Shown here in pieces: positions 26,706-35,292 of a stretch of DNA of 40,901 nucleotides. Made by a program: the position numbers and the translations under genes. The notes under the pieces were generated by a model that made no database searches, was not told where the DNA came from, and saw nothing but the letters and a program-made list of their open reading frames with translations. How positions within the stretch are numbered: position 1 is the stretch's first letter; each line of letters opens with the position of its first letter. Origin of the DNA: a virus (lineage: Duplodnaviria; Heunggongvirae; Uroviricota; Caudoviricetes). The stretch covers positions 1 through 40,901 of the IMG/VR virus record IMGVR_UViG_2563366888_000019, one strand, 5' to 3'.

Positions 26706-28181
26706 TTAAGCATACGGGTCATAATCTGTGATGGCCTTGCCTTGCTGGTTCTGCTGCCAGGGAAGTCGCAGGCGCTTCGACACCGGGAAAGCAAACGTCA
26801 GCAGCAGCGCATCGCCTTTACCCGGCGAACGCCCAAGTCGCTCTTTGATATCTTCCTTCGGTTCGATAACGATTTTACCGTCCACTCGAACTTTGTACTC
26901 TGCCGCCGACAGGTCGTCTGCAGTTTCCTGGTCATCCAGCATGCCGCCCAGCCTCAGCCATGTCTTACATGAGTTGAACATCTCCCCACGCTTGTTGAGC
27001 ATCTGCGGGTCAGTAGACGCGCCACCGAACGGAACAAGTTGCCATGTACGACCCCAGCCGTCACCGATTGACTTCAGACCAGTTCCGTAACCGAAGTCGA
27101 TGAACACTGCGTCAGCCTGGTACTGGTCTTCAAAGTCAGCGATACGCTTCGCCATAATCAGATCGTCAGTGGTCTTGTTGCCAGTCCACAGCACCTTACT
27201 GTGCAGCCCCTGCCGCAGGTATATCACAGCGTCATCAACGCCTGAGTATGCCGGGTCAACGCCGATTATCACCGGAGCATGTGCAACCTGCGCAGCGGTG
27301 ACCACCCGTTTCATTGCCTCGTCAGTAAGTCCGGTAGGGATAAACTGCAATTCAGATGCATCCGGGAATATGCCGCGCACACGGATTTTAACGAAGTCGC
27401 TGTCTTCCCCGTAGTCATCAACCCATTTCTGCAACTGCTGTTTGTTGGTGCCTTCCACCGTCCGGCTGTCAATCTGCGCAGTTTTCCAGCGGTGTTTATA
27501 TTTGCGGAAACATTCGCGGAAACGTCCGGTATTACGCGTCGGGTTTCCGAACGCCACCCAGATAATCTCAGTGTCTTCGTCCGTTAGCGCACCCTCGGCA
27601 ACTTCCCACACCAGATCCGCAATGTTCGACGCTTCATCGAATACCACGATGATGCGTTTGCGCTCGTTGTGTAGTCCGGCGAATGCCTCAGTGTTGTGCT
27701 CAGACCAGGGTATTGCGTCAGCTCGCCACCGCTTGTCGTGTCCAGGATCATTGCTGTACATCGCGGTAGCGGTACAGGTAAACCAGTCTTTCGTGATAGC
27801 AAGGTTCGACCACTTGATAATTTCCGGCCAGGTCTTCGTTCGTAGCTGGTTGTCGGTGTTGGCGGTCACCACAACCTTACAATCCTCGCAAGTGGACATG
27901 CCCCAGTTGATCAGCATTGAGATGAATGCGGATTTACCAATACCGTGACCCGAAGCGCGTGCCAGCATAAGCGGCTGATAGCGCGTCTCTGGATTCTGCA
28001 GGTGATCACGTATCTCTCGGAACGCATCAGCCTGCCACTGACGTGGACCGGTGGCATGTGCCAGTTCAGTCCCATCTTCCCCCCACGGGAACGCATAGAG
28101 GGCATAGCCAAGCGGATCGTGAGTGAACCCTGCAATATCCTCGATTAACTGCTCTTCAGGAGATAACGCTGTATCTGTCAC
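26706..28181 (-). CDS. terminase large subunit (491 aa)
   Basis: Walker A-like SGHGIGKS; GTG start overlapping TerS stop; position before portal. Confidence 0.8.
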   Translation of the reverse strand: MTDTALSPEEQLIEDIAGFTHDPLGYALYAFPWGEDGTELAHATGPRQWQADAFREIRDHLQNPETRYQPLMLARASGHGIGKSAFISMLINWGMSTCEDCKVVVTANTDNQLRTKTWPEIIKWSNLAITKDWFTCTATAMYSNDPGHDKRWRADAIPWSEHNTEAFAGLHNERKRIIVVFDEASNIADLVWEVAEGALTDEDTEIIWVAFGNPTRNTGRFRECFRKYKHRWKTAQIDSRTVEGTNKQQLQKWVDDYGEDSDFVKIRVRGIFPDASELQFIPTGLTDEAMKRVVTAAQVAHAPVIIGVDPAYSGVDDAVIYLRQGLHSKVLWTGNKTTDDLIMAKRIADFEDQYQADAVFIDFGYGTGLKSIGDGWGRTWQLVPFGGASTDPQMLNKRGEMFNSCKTWLRLGGMLDDQETADDLSAAEYKVRVDGKIVIEPKEDIKERLGRSPGKGDALLLTFAFPVSKRLRLPWQQNQQGKAITDYDPYA

Positions 28182-28774
28182 TGATTACCATCCTGACGTT
28201 CTTTGAGTCGCTTCCTGGCTGCTGCTATGCGATCAGCAATTGTCACATTCACATTAACATCCAGACGTTCTTTGAATGCGTTGACATCAACATGCTTACC
28301 AATCAGCTCAAGGTTCTTCACCTTGTCAGGCCATTTAATTTTTTTGAGGATTGTCTCTATCGAATCCTCGTTCATGTTCATGATGGTCGATGACAGATCA
28401 AAGCCGCTAAGCGTAGTGCGCCAGATTTTCGGCCACTCGCGGATTGGCTTAAGGCTCCCATCGTCGTTGAGGATGTCGATCACGTCCATCTGGTCGATCT
28501 CCACCAGGCGCATGAGAACGTAATCAGCACTGACGCGCATTCGTTTGTTGCGCTCCTCCATCAACTCGGCAATCCGTTTCTGAATGCGTTCATCGCGCAT
28601 CATGACACTGGCTTTAACTGCCGCTGTATTTGGGGAGAATCCTGCGTTAATCGCAGCCTGAGTCTGATTTTCAGGCGTTTTGATGTATGACTGGCAATAA
28701 GCCTCCTGCATTGCTGTTAGTGGCTTAAATTGCGTTGATTTGCGTTTATAGGTTTTAGGTTCAGCAGGCATCAT
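28178..28774 (-). CDS. terminase small subunit (198 aa)
   Basis: HTH segment LTAMQEAYCQSYI...TQAAINAGFS typical of small terminases; ATG-ATG at 28774 after GGTGG SD; track start 28852 is a TTG extension through a terminator. Confidence 0.7.
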   Translation of the reverse strand: MMPAEPKTYKRKSTQFKPLTAMQEAYCQSYIKTPENQTQAAINAGFSPNTAAVKASVMMRDERIQKRIAELMEERNKRMRVSADYVLMRLVEIDQMDVIDILNDDGSLKPIREWPKIWRTTLSGFDLSSTIMNMNEDSIETILKKIKWPDKVKNLELIGKHVDVNAFKERLDVNVNVTIADRIAAARKRLKERQDGNQ

Positions 28775-28789
28775 AACCACCGTGGTAAT
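28773..28789. promoter_or_regulatory. operator-like palindrome ATAACCACCGTGGTAAT (site 5a)
   Basis: overlaps TerS start codon and SD. Confidence 0.45.
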
Positions 28790-28790
28790 A

Positions 28791-28807
28791 GTTACCGTTG
28801 TGGTAAT
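28791..28807. promoter_or_regulatory. operator-like palindrome GTTACCGTTGTGGTAAT (site 5b)
   Basis: adjacent to 5a; near-identical to site 13 in reverse. Confidence 0.5.
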
Positions 28808-28816
28808 AGTACCATG

Positions 28817-28843
28817 CAAAATAAAGCCGCCATAGTTGGCGGC
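28817..28843 (-). terminator. rho-independent terminator upstream of terminase genes
   Basis: GCCGCC-AACTAT-GGCGGC then TTTATTTTG on minus strand. Confidence 0.65.
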
Positions 28844-28848
28844 AGTAT

Positions 28849-29061
28849 TCAAAGTCCATCAAATTCATCGTAAAAACTCTCGTCAAGATACCCTTTCCAT
28901 TTACCGCGAATGAAAATTACATCCTCGCCGCAAGGGTGCTGACTGTCGATAACTATATCCCTCCTGGCGCAACCATACTTATGCATGAGAAATTTAACCT
29001 CTTTCGGAAAATTAGCTGAGTTATCTCTCATATCTTCAAGGTCGTAGCGTATTTTTGGCAT
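28849..29061 (-). CDS. hypothetical protein (70 aa)
   Basis: GAAGGTG SD before ATG 29061. Confidence 0.4.
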   Translation of the reverse strand: MPKIRYDLEDMRDNSANFPKEVKFLMHKYGCARRDIVIDSQHPCGEDVIFIRGKWKGYLDESFYDEFDGL

Positions 29062-29078
29062 AACACCTTCGTGACATG

Positions 29079-29417
29079 TCACACTATTAATTTCGTTTCA
29101 TGCCAGCCTTTGGTCACCCAGCATTGCGAGTCACCATTACACGGGCATGAATTAACTGGAACTCTCTCGCCGCACTTACCGCAACGTTTTCTGCTGATCG
29201 ATTTTATACGCCCGCGCACCCGGGCATCATCCTGGCGGATCAGCAGCGCGATGTACTCGGCCATTTCATAGGGATCTCGACCAGGGCGCCGGGCGGCGCA
29301 GTTCCGCTCCAGCATTTCAATTTCCTGAGCATCAAGCACAATCTCCAGCTTACGCACACCAGATGCAGCTTGTCTGGCTCTCTGAGCGGCTTTGCGCTCT
29401 GCTGCTGATTTAGCCAT
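29079..29417 (-). CDS. hypothetical protein with C-terminal Cys-rich zinc-ribbon-like motif (112 aa)
   Basis: basic Ala/Arg-rich N-terminus; CGKCGERVPVNSCPCNG. Confidence 0.45.
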   Translation of the reverse strand: MAKSAAERKAAQRARQAASGVRKLEIVLDAQEIEMLERNCAARRPGRDPYEMAEYIALLIRQDDARVRGRIKSISRKRCGKCGERVPVNSCPCNGDSQCWVTKGWHETKLIV

Positions 29418-29691
29418 CAATATTTACCTTTATCGCGTATACCTTTACCGGTTTATCACCGAAGTGTGGATGTATGATTGTCTTGATTTCATACCCTTCA
29501 TACGGGACGTCTATTCTGCGACTGGAATCGTCGCGCTTCGGATATCCCTTTGTGATAATCAGTCGGTCATACTCCCGGAACATAATTCGCTTATTCCAGT
29601 AGTCATTACACAGGCGATACTCTTCCGTTTTATCTCCGCGAATCATGGCATCGAAGTATTCACCTTTGAGGATAAGTTGCAGGTTAGCCAC
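29410..29691 (-). CDS. hypothetical protein (93 aa)
   Basis: GTG start 7 nt after AAGGAG. Confidence 0.45.
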   Translation of the reverse strand: MANLQLILKGEYFDAMIRGDKTEEYRLCNDYWNKRIMFREYDRLIITKGYPKRDDSSRRIDVPYEGYEIKTIIHPHFGDKPVKVYAIKVNIDG

Positions 29692-30424
29692 GGTTAACTC
29701 CTTGCTGTGTGGCGTCGAGTAATAAATCCCACAACCGCTGAGAGCAATTTCCGCATGTACAGCGTTGACCCACAACGTTTATCGCGTTGCTGATTTCCGG
29801 CGTTACCTGTTTAGGAACCATAACCCAACCATCCGGAGTTACCGGAAGCGAGAACGGCAGCACATCTCTGTGAACAAGTTTTTGCTGTGACAGGTTATCC
29901 AGAACTTTCTGTACTGCTACATCACCGAATACACCAAGCGCATCTGCCATAACTCCTACAACCTGATAAGCCTCAGCGCATACCGTGGATAAACCATCCG
30001 GAATTACCGGAGAGTTGCCGGGTTCTTTAATGTGCAAGCGAGGCTCACCATCTTTTGGCTCAGGCCACTGGCGCTCCATGTTGATCTTCAATTTATCTTC
30101 CATAGCAACGTTAATTTCAGCATCGCTGATGCCAGCACGGCGCTGTGCATCCCACAACAGAAACTGCATATCAGCCCACTCGCTAAGATCGTCTGGTTCG
30201 GCTGCGGCTTCCAGTGCCTCTTTTGAGAGGTGTTTCAGTGGACCAATGGGGCCAACGCAGCCAAATGTGGAGTCAGACCATTTGGCATGCTCGTGGCGAA
30301 TCTGTTCGCGTTCCAGTGATGCCAGTGCAATTCGTGCCAGTTCCATTTGTTCGCCACGAGTAAGCCCGTTTTCAAGCGGATTTTTAATGAACAATTCAAT
30401 ACGTTCTTTGGTAATAGTGGTCAT
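29684..30424 (-). CDS. nin-region-type phage protein (246 aa), possibly DUF550/DUF551-like
   Basis: ATG overlaps upstream stop; family assignment from memory, tentative. Confidence 0.5.
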   Translation of the reverse strand: MTTITKERIELFIKNPLENGLTRGEQMELARIALASLEREQIRHEHAKWSDSTFGCVGPIGPLKHLSKEALEAAAEPDDLSEWADMQFLLWDAQRRAGISDAEINVAMEDKLKINMERQWPEPKDGEPRLHIKEPGNSPVIPDGLSTVCAEAYQVVGVMADALGVFGDVAVQKVLDNLSQQKLVHRDVLPFSLPVTPDGWVMVPKQVTPEISNAINVVGQRCTCGNCSQRLWDLLLDATQQGVNRG

Positions 30425-30630
30425 GTGTTAATCCTCAAAACTTTATGCCCGGGCGCAAAAGTACGTGTTTTGTCTTTGCTTATTCGCCACCCGTCTTTAC
30501 GGGCCTCTTTTGCACAACCAGACCATGACGTACCGATATACTCACCGAAGTCTGGCACTGGATATACACCTTCCGTACACTGGCGACAATCACAATAGAG
30601 ATGCATGGTGTAACTTGCGGCAATAGCCAT
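30421..30630 (-). CDS. small Cys-rich protein (69 aa)
   Basis: ATG 30630 two nt after upstream stop; CDCRQC motif. Confidence 0.4.
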   Translation of the reverse strand: MAIAASYTMHLYCDCRQCTEGVYPVPDFGEYIGTSWSGCAKEARKDGWRISKDKTRTFAPGHKVLRINT

Positions 30631-30631
30631 A

Positions 30632-31240
30632 TCAGTCTCCTTTGATGCGAATGCCAGTAGCGCGGATTGCATCGATGACTTCAGAAACTTTGTATGCCAT
30701 TACCGTTTGGTAATCATCGTGAAAATCTGTTCGATGAAGCATGCTGCTACGTTCTGGGAGCGATATTTCCCGTGCTTCCAGTTCTGCAATGCGCTTCTCT
30801 GCGGCTTCCAGCTTCTCGCGCATATCGTCAACGTACTCGACCAGAGAACCGCCAGCAGGAATTTCGCACTCCTCGACTAGTTGGAAGTAGATATCCGCTG
30901 CGGCCCGTGTGTTGCTATGCCTAGCGTCGCCCATCTCACCTTCACGAAGAGCATCGCGTTCGGCGGTAAGATTGGCTATTTTGCTGTCTTTGCCTTCCAG
31001 CTCAACGCGCAACTTCCCTACCGTTAGCGCAATATCCTCGTTCTCCTGATCGCGGCTTTTGATGTATTGCAGGTTTCTTTCCCGTTCATCCAACAATGCC
31101 AGCGCGATATCTGGCGAAAAGTGCTTCATAAAATCGTTAAGCGCATTAATTCGCTGATCGAAAGGCATTACAGGTGCTTCACCAGCAATTTTTGTTTTTT
31201 CAGCGATTTCACGAAGCTTTTGATAATCAATCTTGCTCAT
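30632..31240 (-). CDS. Ead/Ea22-like protein (202 aa)
   Basis: N-terminus MSKIDYQKLREIAEK resembles Ea22-like family; coiled-coil centre. Confidence 0.55.
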   Translation of the reverse strand: MSKIDYQKLREIAEKTKIAGEAPVMPFDQRINALNDFMKHFSPDIALALLDERERNLQYIKSRDQENEDIALTVGKLRVELEGKDSKIANLTAERDALREGEMGDARHSNTRAAADIYFQLVEECEIPAGGSLVEYVDDMREKLEAAEKRIAELEAREISLPERSSMLHRTDFHDDYQTVMAYKVSEVIDAIRATGIRIKGD

Positions 31241-31812
31241 TGGATGACTCCTTTACGAAGCTGTTCGGCGATATCTTCGAGAACGCCATCAGAGAATGAA
31301 CGGTCAAAATCGCCTTCCGGCGCATTAGCCATAAACTCAGTAGAGGTAAGAATCATCCGGGCAATATCCGCGGCGTTCTTCGCAGTATCATCAATAAAAC
31401 CAGCTTCCCAGGCAGCCAGCATTCTGTTCGCCACAAAGTAAGCGCCCTCCTTGCGTGCTTCAGTCTTCACTTCAGCCAGGAAAGCATCGGTGGCTGGGGT
31501 GTCTGATTGCAGAGACTTTGCGCGATAGTCATTCCACCCTCTTGCATACATGGGATTAACTTGCACTCCATCTTTTACGCAATATGCCTGCCCTCCACGG
31601 TTGATAACCTTGATTTCGTCCATAGCGCCAGACTTCATCCCCGCATTCTCCGCAGCCAGCGCATTAGCACGCACCAGTTGCACTTCCAGTTGCGTTGCCA
31701 AATCGCTGATCAGTTTTGCCACACTACGCATATCAACGGCACCACATTCTGCTTTCAGTTCCGAAGCCATCTCATGCCCGGCGGCAACTAACCCTTTGAT
31801 ATTACTTTCCAT
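31237..31812 (-). CDS. hypothetical early protein (191 aa)
   Basis: ORF with ATG start; stop overlaps the downstream start (ATGA). Confidence 0.5.
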   Translation of the reverse strand: MESNIKGLVAAGHEMASELKAECGAVDMRSVAKLISDLATQLEVQLVRANALAAENAGMKSGAMDEIKVINRGGQAYCVKDGVQVNPMYARGWNDYRAKSLQSDTPATDAFLAEVKTEARKEGAYFVANRMLAAWEAGFIDDTAKNAADIARMILTSTEFMANAPEGDFDRSFSDGVLEDIAEQLRKGVIQ

Positions 31813-31873
31813 CTTTACCCTCGCTTATCCACATAACTTATTGATTACATTGATAACTAAAAAGATCGTCGAT

Positions 31874-32221
31874 TCAGAACTCTTCGATGTTCCAGCCACC
31901 ACCTGCTTTCTTTGGCTTAACCGTTACCCCGATGATTCGGAACGGATACTGATCTGCGGCGACTTTGGTTTTCACTCTGGCGTCATCGGTCCAGAATCCC
32001 CCTTTCACTTCGTGCAGTTCCATCTCGCCGGTGGCGAGCATCACAGCAAAATCTGGCGTATAGAACGTGTTGTCAGCTAACCGCAGCTTGATACCCTCAA
32101 ATCGATACCAGACGATTTCTCCTGCACGTTTACGCAACTCAAGGTGCTGGCAATACGCAGATTCTGTTTTGTTCATCTGGCCTGTTTTGAGTCGACCAAG
32201 AGCCTGCATCTGTTTTCTCAT
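31874..32221 (-). CDS. DUF1064-type phage protein (115 aa)
   Basis: family assignment from memory; GAGG SD inside palindrome site 6. Confidence 0.5.
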   Translation of the reverse strand: MRKQMQALGRLKTGQMNKTESAYCQHLELRKRAGEIVWYRFEGIKLRLADNTFYTPDFAVMLATGEMELHEVKGGFWTDDARVKTKVAADQYPFRIIGVTVKPKKAGGGWNIEEF

Positions 32222-32223
32222 GA

Positions 32224-32240
32224 TTTACCTCTGAGGTAAT
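32224..32240. promoter_or_regulatory. operator-like palindrome TTTACCTCTGAGGTAAT (site 6)
   Basis: 3 bp upstream of ATG 32221; candidate minus-strand promoter (TTGATT-N17-TTTAAT) just upstream. Confidence 0.55.
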
Positions 32241-32285
32241 TAAAAACCACATAAGACACGAAATCAATAGAGTTTAGAATATTTT

Positions 32286-32302
32286 ATTACCTGATGGGTA
32301 AT
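32286..32302. promoter_or_regulatory. operator-like palindrome ATTACCTGATGGGTAAT (site 7)
   Basis: centre exactly 62 bp from site 6. Confidence 0.55.
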
Positions 32303-32338
32303 TATTTGAGCGTAAAAAAATGCGCTATCGCGCTGGTA

Positions 32339-33139
32339 TTACTTGATAAATCCTGCCGCCTTTCCCCGCCTGTATTCCTCCATCAGCCACTGCGCCGGTG
32401 TTATTCCCCCAAGGGTGGCGGCGTTAGGCATGCACCCGAAACTTCGCCCAGGTGGATGGTAAACGTCTCTCCCTGTGTCCGGAGGTGTACTCATGGGCTC
32501 TGGCTTTGCCTGTATGCTGATCACCGGATCGGGTATCTGCTGTCCGGAAGCCACCTTTTTCGCCCAATCATCGAGCAGCCTGCGCGCGTGTTTCTCAACC
32601 TCAATCTCGCTAAGCTGGCGCTGATACATTGCACGGCGGGTATCACATACGACCCAGTACATAACCGGATGTCGCCACGGGAATCTTTCGGGACCACCAG
32701 GATATAAACTTTTTTCCTTGCTGTACCGGTGAAACTCCGCCATCACATCGTCAATGGTGACGCCAAGAACCATCTTGCTGTCTTTACACCACTTGATGAA
32801 TTGCCCTGGCGACGGCCAGAACGGAGACTCACTGGCGCGGGCGTGGCGCATACCAGCAGAAACCTGTTCACGGGTTCGGATCCCCCCTTCGGCAAACGCA
32901 GCAATCCACTGCTGTTTTGCAGCAACTTCCTGCTCTGGCGTCTTCAGGTTGGTTACCACTGCCGCCGGAAACAGTTGTTTCAGCTGTTTGAAAAGGGCAT
33001 CAACAAGCCTCTCTGCTGACATGTTCACCACGTTGTCATTGTTGGTGTACTGATGCTCATAACCTGACATGCGAGAAAGGGCTTCTCCGTCACGGTTTTG
33101 TATCGCGGTAAAAACGTTGTTCACAAGAAATCCTCCCAT
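32339..33139 (-). CDS. replication protein P-like helicase loader (266 aa, start uncertain)
   Basis: SPFWPSPGQFIKWC matches the lambda P PFLPSPGQFVAWC region as recalled; follows O-like gene. Confidence 0.7.
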   Translation of the reverse strand: MGGFLVNNVFTAIQNRDGEALSRMSGYEHQYTNNDNVVNMSAERLVDALFKQLKQLFPAAVVTNLKTPEQEVAAKQQWIAAFAEGGIRTREQVSAGMRHARASESPFWPSPGQFIKWCKDSKMVLGVTIDDVMAEFHRYSKEKSLYPGGPERFPWRHPVMYWVVCDTRRAMYQRQLSEIEVEKHARRLLDDWAKKVASGQQIPDPVISIQAKPEPMSTPPDTGRDVYHPPGRSFGCMPNAATLGGITPAQWLMEEYRRGKAAGFIK

Positions 33140-33936
33140 GCTTCAGGGCTGTTCCAGTGCGGAACGTTGTTATCAGGTAATGTTGATTGCTTCTGTCTGC
33201 TAATCTGCAGCCGCCTTGCCAGCTTCTGCTCCCACTGTGCCTGATGGTATGCCTTACCCTCAGCCATCCAGTAAATTCTGAACTCTGCAAGTTCCTGTGC
33301 CGTTGGCAGACTGTCCAGGTAGATCCCCTGCAATGAGCTTTTCCGAAGAAAGTCATCTGATGGTTGCCATTGTTCATGCATGACAAATTTGCCTAATTGC
33401 CCTAGCCCACCAGGAGGAATAAAGTTATTCATCACGGCGTTGTTTGCGCCGGGGTCATGAGGCACAGAATCCCCGTTTTTTGTCCTGCTCTCCCTCTCTT
33501 GGTTAAATGACTGGTTATATGACTGGTTCTGGATCCCGTTTTTGGGATCATTCAACATCCCGTTTTTGGGATCATTCAACATCCCGTTTTTGGGTATATT
33601 CCCTTTTTCGGTAACATTACCGTTTTCGGGTTCATTGCCACCCTCACGGTTGCCTTTAATGTTCCCGTTTTTGGTTATATTAAGAGAGAAAACCCGCACT
33701 CTTTTTGTCGCTCCCTTTCTCTCTCCGGTATCTGAAATAAGCCCCATTTTCATGAGCGATATAAGCCCGGCCTGCACGGTTTTTTTATTCAGGCAAGTGT
33801 CTTTAACGAGGCGTTCTATGCTGGGGTAGCAGAGGTTATATTCATCGGCTCTGTCAGCCATCGAGAGCAGTATGAGCTTTAATGATGAGCTACCTGGATC
33901 TGTCTCCCAGGCCCAATCTGTTGCATGTCTGCTCAT
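33121..33936 (-). CDS. replication initiator O-like protein with internal origin (271 aa)
   Basis: N-terminal HTH-type domain; iteron array inside the CDS encodes PKNGMLND repeats; GGAG SD. Confidence 0.7.
   Translation of the reverse strand: MSRHATDWAWETDPGSSSLKLILLSMADRADEYNLCYPSIERLVKDTCLNKKTVQAGLISLMKMGLISDTGERKGATKRVRVFSLNITKNGNIKGNREGGNEPENGNVTEKGNIPKNGMLNDPKNGMLNDPKNGIQNQSYNQSFNQERESRTKNGDSVPHDPGANNAVMNNFIPPGGLGQLGKFVMHEQWQPSDDFLRKSSLQGIYLDSLPTAQELAEFRIYWMAEGKAYHQAQWEQKLARRLQISRQKQSTLPDNNVPHWNSPEAWEDFL
33533..33680. repeat. origin iterons (3 near-perfect 24-bp repeats plus about 3 degenerate copies)
   Basis: ATCCCGTTTTTGGGATCATTCAAC x2, ATCCCGTTTTTGGGTA, then degenerate CCGTTTT-containing copies; each has internal dyad ATCCC-N6-GGGAT. 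Confidence 0.7.
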
Positions 33937-33951
33937 GATTAATCTCCGCTA

Positions 33952-34152
33952 TCAGCTTGAGTGTTGTGGGGAGGAATTAATCATGATCTGCTTAATCTCT
34001 GCCCTGATGCGACGGTTTGATTCCATGGTGCACTCAACACAGTGTCCGTTGTAAACCCAGCGTTCACTGTCATGTCCGTGCTTACATGTTTTTCCGGTGT
34101 AGTAGCGTTTAAGTCCGCGCTTTGCGGCATCAATACGTGTAATGATTTCCAT
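33952..34152 (-). CDS. small basic Cys/His-rich protein (66 aa)
   Basis: ATG at 34152; CKHGHDSERWVYNGHCVEC motif; between Cro-like and O-like genes. Confidence 0.4.
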   Translation of the reverse strand: MEIITRIDAAKRGLKRYYTGKTCKHGHDSERWVYNGHCVECTMESNRRIRAEIKQIMINSSPQHSS

Positions 34153-34231
34153 GGTAAGCCCTGTTATTAGTATTGGGATTACGGTTATTTTGTGCTGACA
34201 CAAAAAAAAGATCAACCATATTTGGTTTTTT

Positions 34232-34248
34232 ATTACCTTTGAGGTACG
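34232..34248. promoter_or_regulatory. operator-like palindrome ATTACCTTTGAGGTACG (site 8)
   Basis: between Cro-like gene stop and the 33952..34152 gene. Confidence 0.45.
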
Positions 34249-34302
34249 AATAGATATGAAAAGACCGCCGGATGGCGGTCTACAGAGGGTTGTGGCTGGA
34301 TA

Positions 34303-34533
34303 TCATGAGTAGAAGAAGTATGCCAGTTCTGCTTTTGAGCGCAGCCATTGTCTTGTTTTACAGGCTTTAAAAAGCCCATTCATCAATACCTTACCTGGCA
34401 TTTTGCGCTTACCTGTTAAGTGAGTCTGGATATAGTGACTCGTCGTTCCGGCTTCCTGTGCGAAGGCTTCACGCTCATCCGGAGTAAGTGCAAGCCAGTG
34501 CTTTTTGAAATCGAAATGTCCGTTATCGCTCAT
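34303..34533 (-). CDS. Cro-like HTH regulator (76 aa)
   Basis: first gene of minus-strand early operon, divergent from repressor; HTH-like EAFAQEAGTTSHYIQTHL. Confidence 0.5.
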   Translation of the reverse strand: MSDNGHFDFKKHWLALTPDEREAFAQEAGTTSHYIQTHLTGKRKMPGKVLMNGLFKACKTRQWLRSKAELAYFFYS

Positions 34534-34545
34534 AGCTATTGCCTG

Positions 34546-34569
34546 ATATTTATTTCAGATAATAAATAT
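34546..34569. promoter_or_regulatory. AT-rich inverted repeat ATATTTATT-N6-AATAAATAT
   Basis: perfect 9-bp arms adjacent to Cro-like start; not a LexA box. Confidence 0.35.
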
Positions 34570-34585
34570 TCACCTATAAGGTAAC
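34569..34585. promoter_or_regulatory. operator-like palindrome TTCACCTATAAGGTAAC (site 9)
   Basis: divergent immunity region. Confidence 0.45.
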
Positions 34586-34599
34586 AAAAATCAAGGATA

Positions 34600-34616
34600 G
34601 TTACCCATGAGGTGCA
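34600..34616. promoter_or_regulatory. operator-like palindrome GTTACCCATGAGGTGCA (site 10, degenerate)
   Basis: divergent immunity region, abuts site 11. Confidence 0.4.
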
Positions 34617-34633
34617 TTTACCTGTTGGGTAAT
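34617..34633. promoter_or_regulatory. operator-like palindrome TTTACCTGTTGGGTAAT (site 11)
   Basis: divergent immunity region, ~55 bp upstream of repressor ATG. Confidence 0.55.
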
Positions 34634-34687
34634 ATTGCTTTAAATTGAATCATCTTCTGATTCAGATATGAGGCGATTTTCCAGAAA

Positions 34688-35272
34688 ATGAAAAGTATCC
34701 AGGACGTCCGCAGGCAAAATCTCAACGACTTGATCGACCGTGAATTCAATGGTGTTCAGACGCGGATGGCTGAAAAACTTGGAACTCAGGCAAATCTGGT
34801 AAACCGCTGGGCTCTTGGCAAGAAGGTTATCGGCGACCAGGTTGCGCGAAAAATTGAAGCTGCCGCCAATAAACCCCGTAACTGGCTTGATATCGATCGC
34901 TCGCTTTCTCAGGAAGGTTTTCAGCCTGTCGGACCAAGCGACATTGGTCAACTGGCGGCTCACAACCTGGAACGCTGGATGAGCGAAAGCCGCGACCTTT
35001 CAACGCAGGGAAAACTTCACCGCGCATCCGGCGTCGCCCAGGTGACAATCAGCCGCCTGTTAAACAATGAGGTCAGCGTTTCCATTTCCACCCTGGAGAA
35101 TGTTGCATCCGCATTCGGGCGTCACGGCTATGAATTACTGATTCACCCGCACGACCCTGCGACTATCAACTATGACCGCTCGCGCTACGCTTTGTTACCC
35201 GAAACCGAGAAAGCAAAGATCGAAAGTTACATTGAATTTGTCATCAACCAGAACGAAAAAAACAAACAATAA
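34688..35272 (+). CDS. prophage repressor candidate, tandem HTH, no S24 peptidase domain (194 aa)
   Basis: two HTH-like segments (QTRMAEKLGTQANLVNRWALG and ASGVAQVTISRLLNNEVSVS); no Ser-Lys autocleavage motifs; divergent from Cro-like; weak SD; terminator follows. Confidence 0.55.
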   Translation: MKSIQDVRRQNLNDLIDREFNGVQTRMAEKLGTQANLVNRWALGKKVIGDQVARKIEAAANKPRNWLDIDRSLSQEGFQPVGPSDIGQLAAHNLERWMSESRDLSTQGKLHRASGVAQVTISRLLNNEVSVSISTLENVASAFGRHGYELLIHPHDPATINYDRSRYALLPETEKAKIESYIEFVINQNEKNKQ

Positions 35273-35292
35273 AATCATATTTTTCAGTAAGT

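Noticed and set aside
10222-28181. Numerous 60-250 aa ORFs antisense to or nested in structural and terminase genes (for example 13258..13647, 19395..20099, 20632..21111, 23767..24504, 27442..27948)
   Set aside because: Each overlaps a long, translationally coupled gene on the other strand or frame; treated as frame shadows
28775-28852. N-terminal 26-residue extension of TerS from TTG at 28852
   Set aside because: The extension runs through a terminator hairpin and two operator-like sites and starts with TTG; ATG-ATG at 28774 with GGTGG SD is the more plausible start
28849-32221. A lambda Q-type late antiterminator among the small genes upstream of the terminase
   Set aside because: No protein in this interval showed a Q-like size or motif pattern recognisable by eye; left open rather than assigned
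32294-32707. ORF 32294..32707 (plus, 137 aa)
   Set aside because: Antisense to the P-like gene and its start is formed by palindrome site 7; more likely regulatory sequence
33533-33680. Tandem repeats as a CRISPR array
   Set aside because: Repeats are contiguous with no unique spacers, lie inside the O-like CDS and translate in frame; they are origin iterons
34541-34556. CTGATATTTATTTCAG as a second LexA box in the immunity region
   Set aside because: Half-sites are CTGA/TCAG, not CTGT/ACAG; it is part of the AT-rich inverted repeat instead
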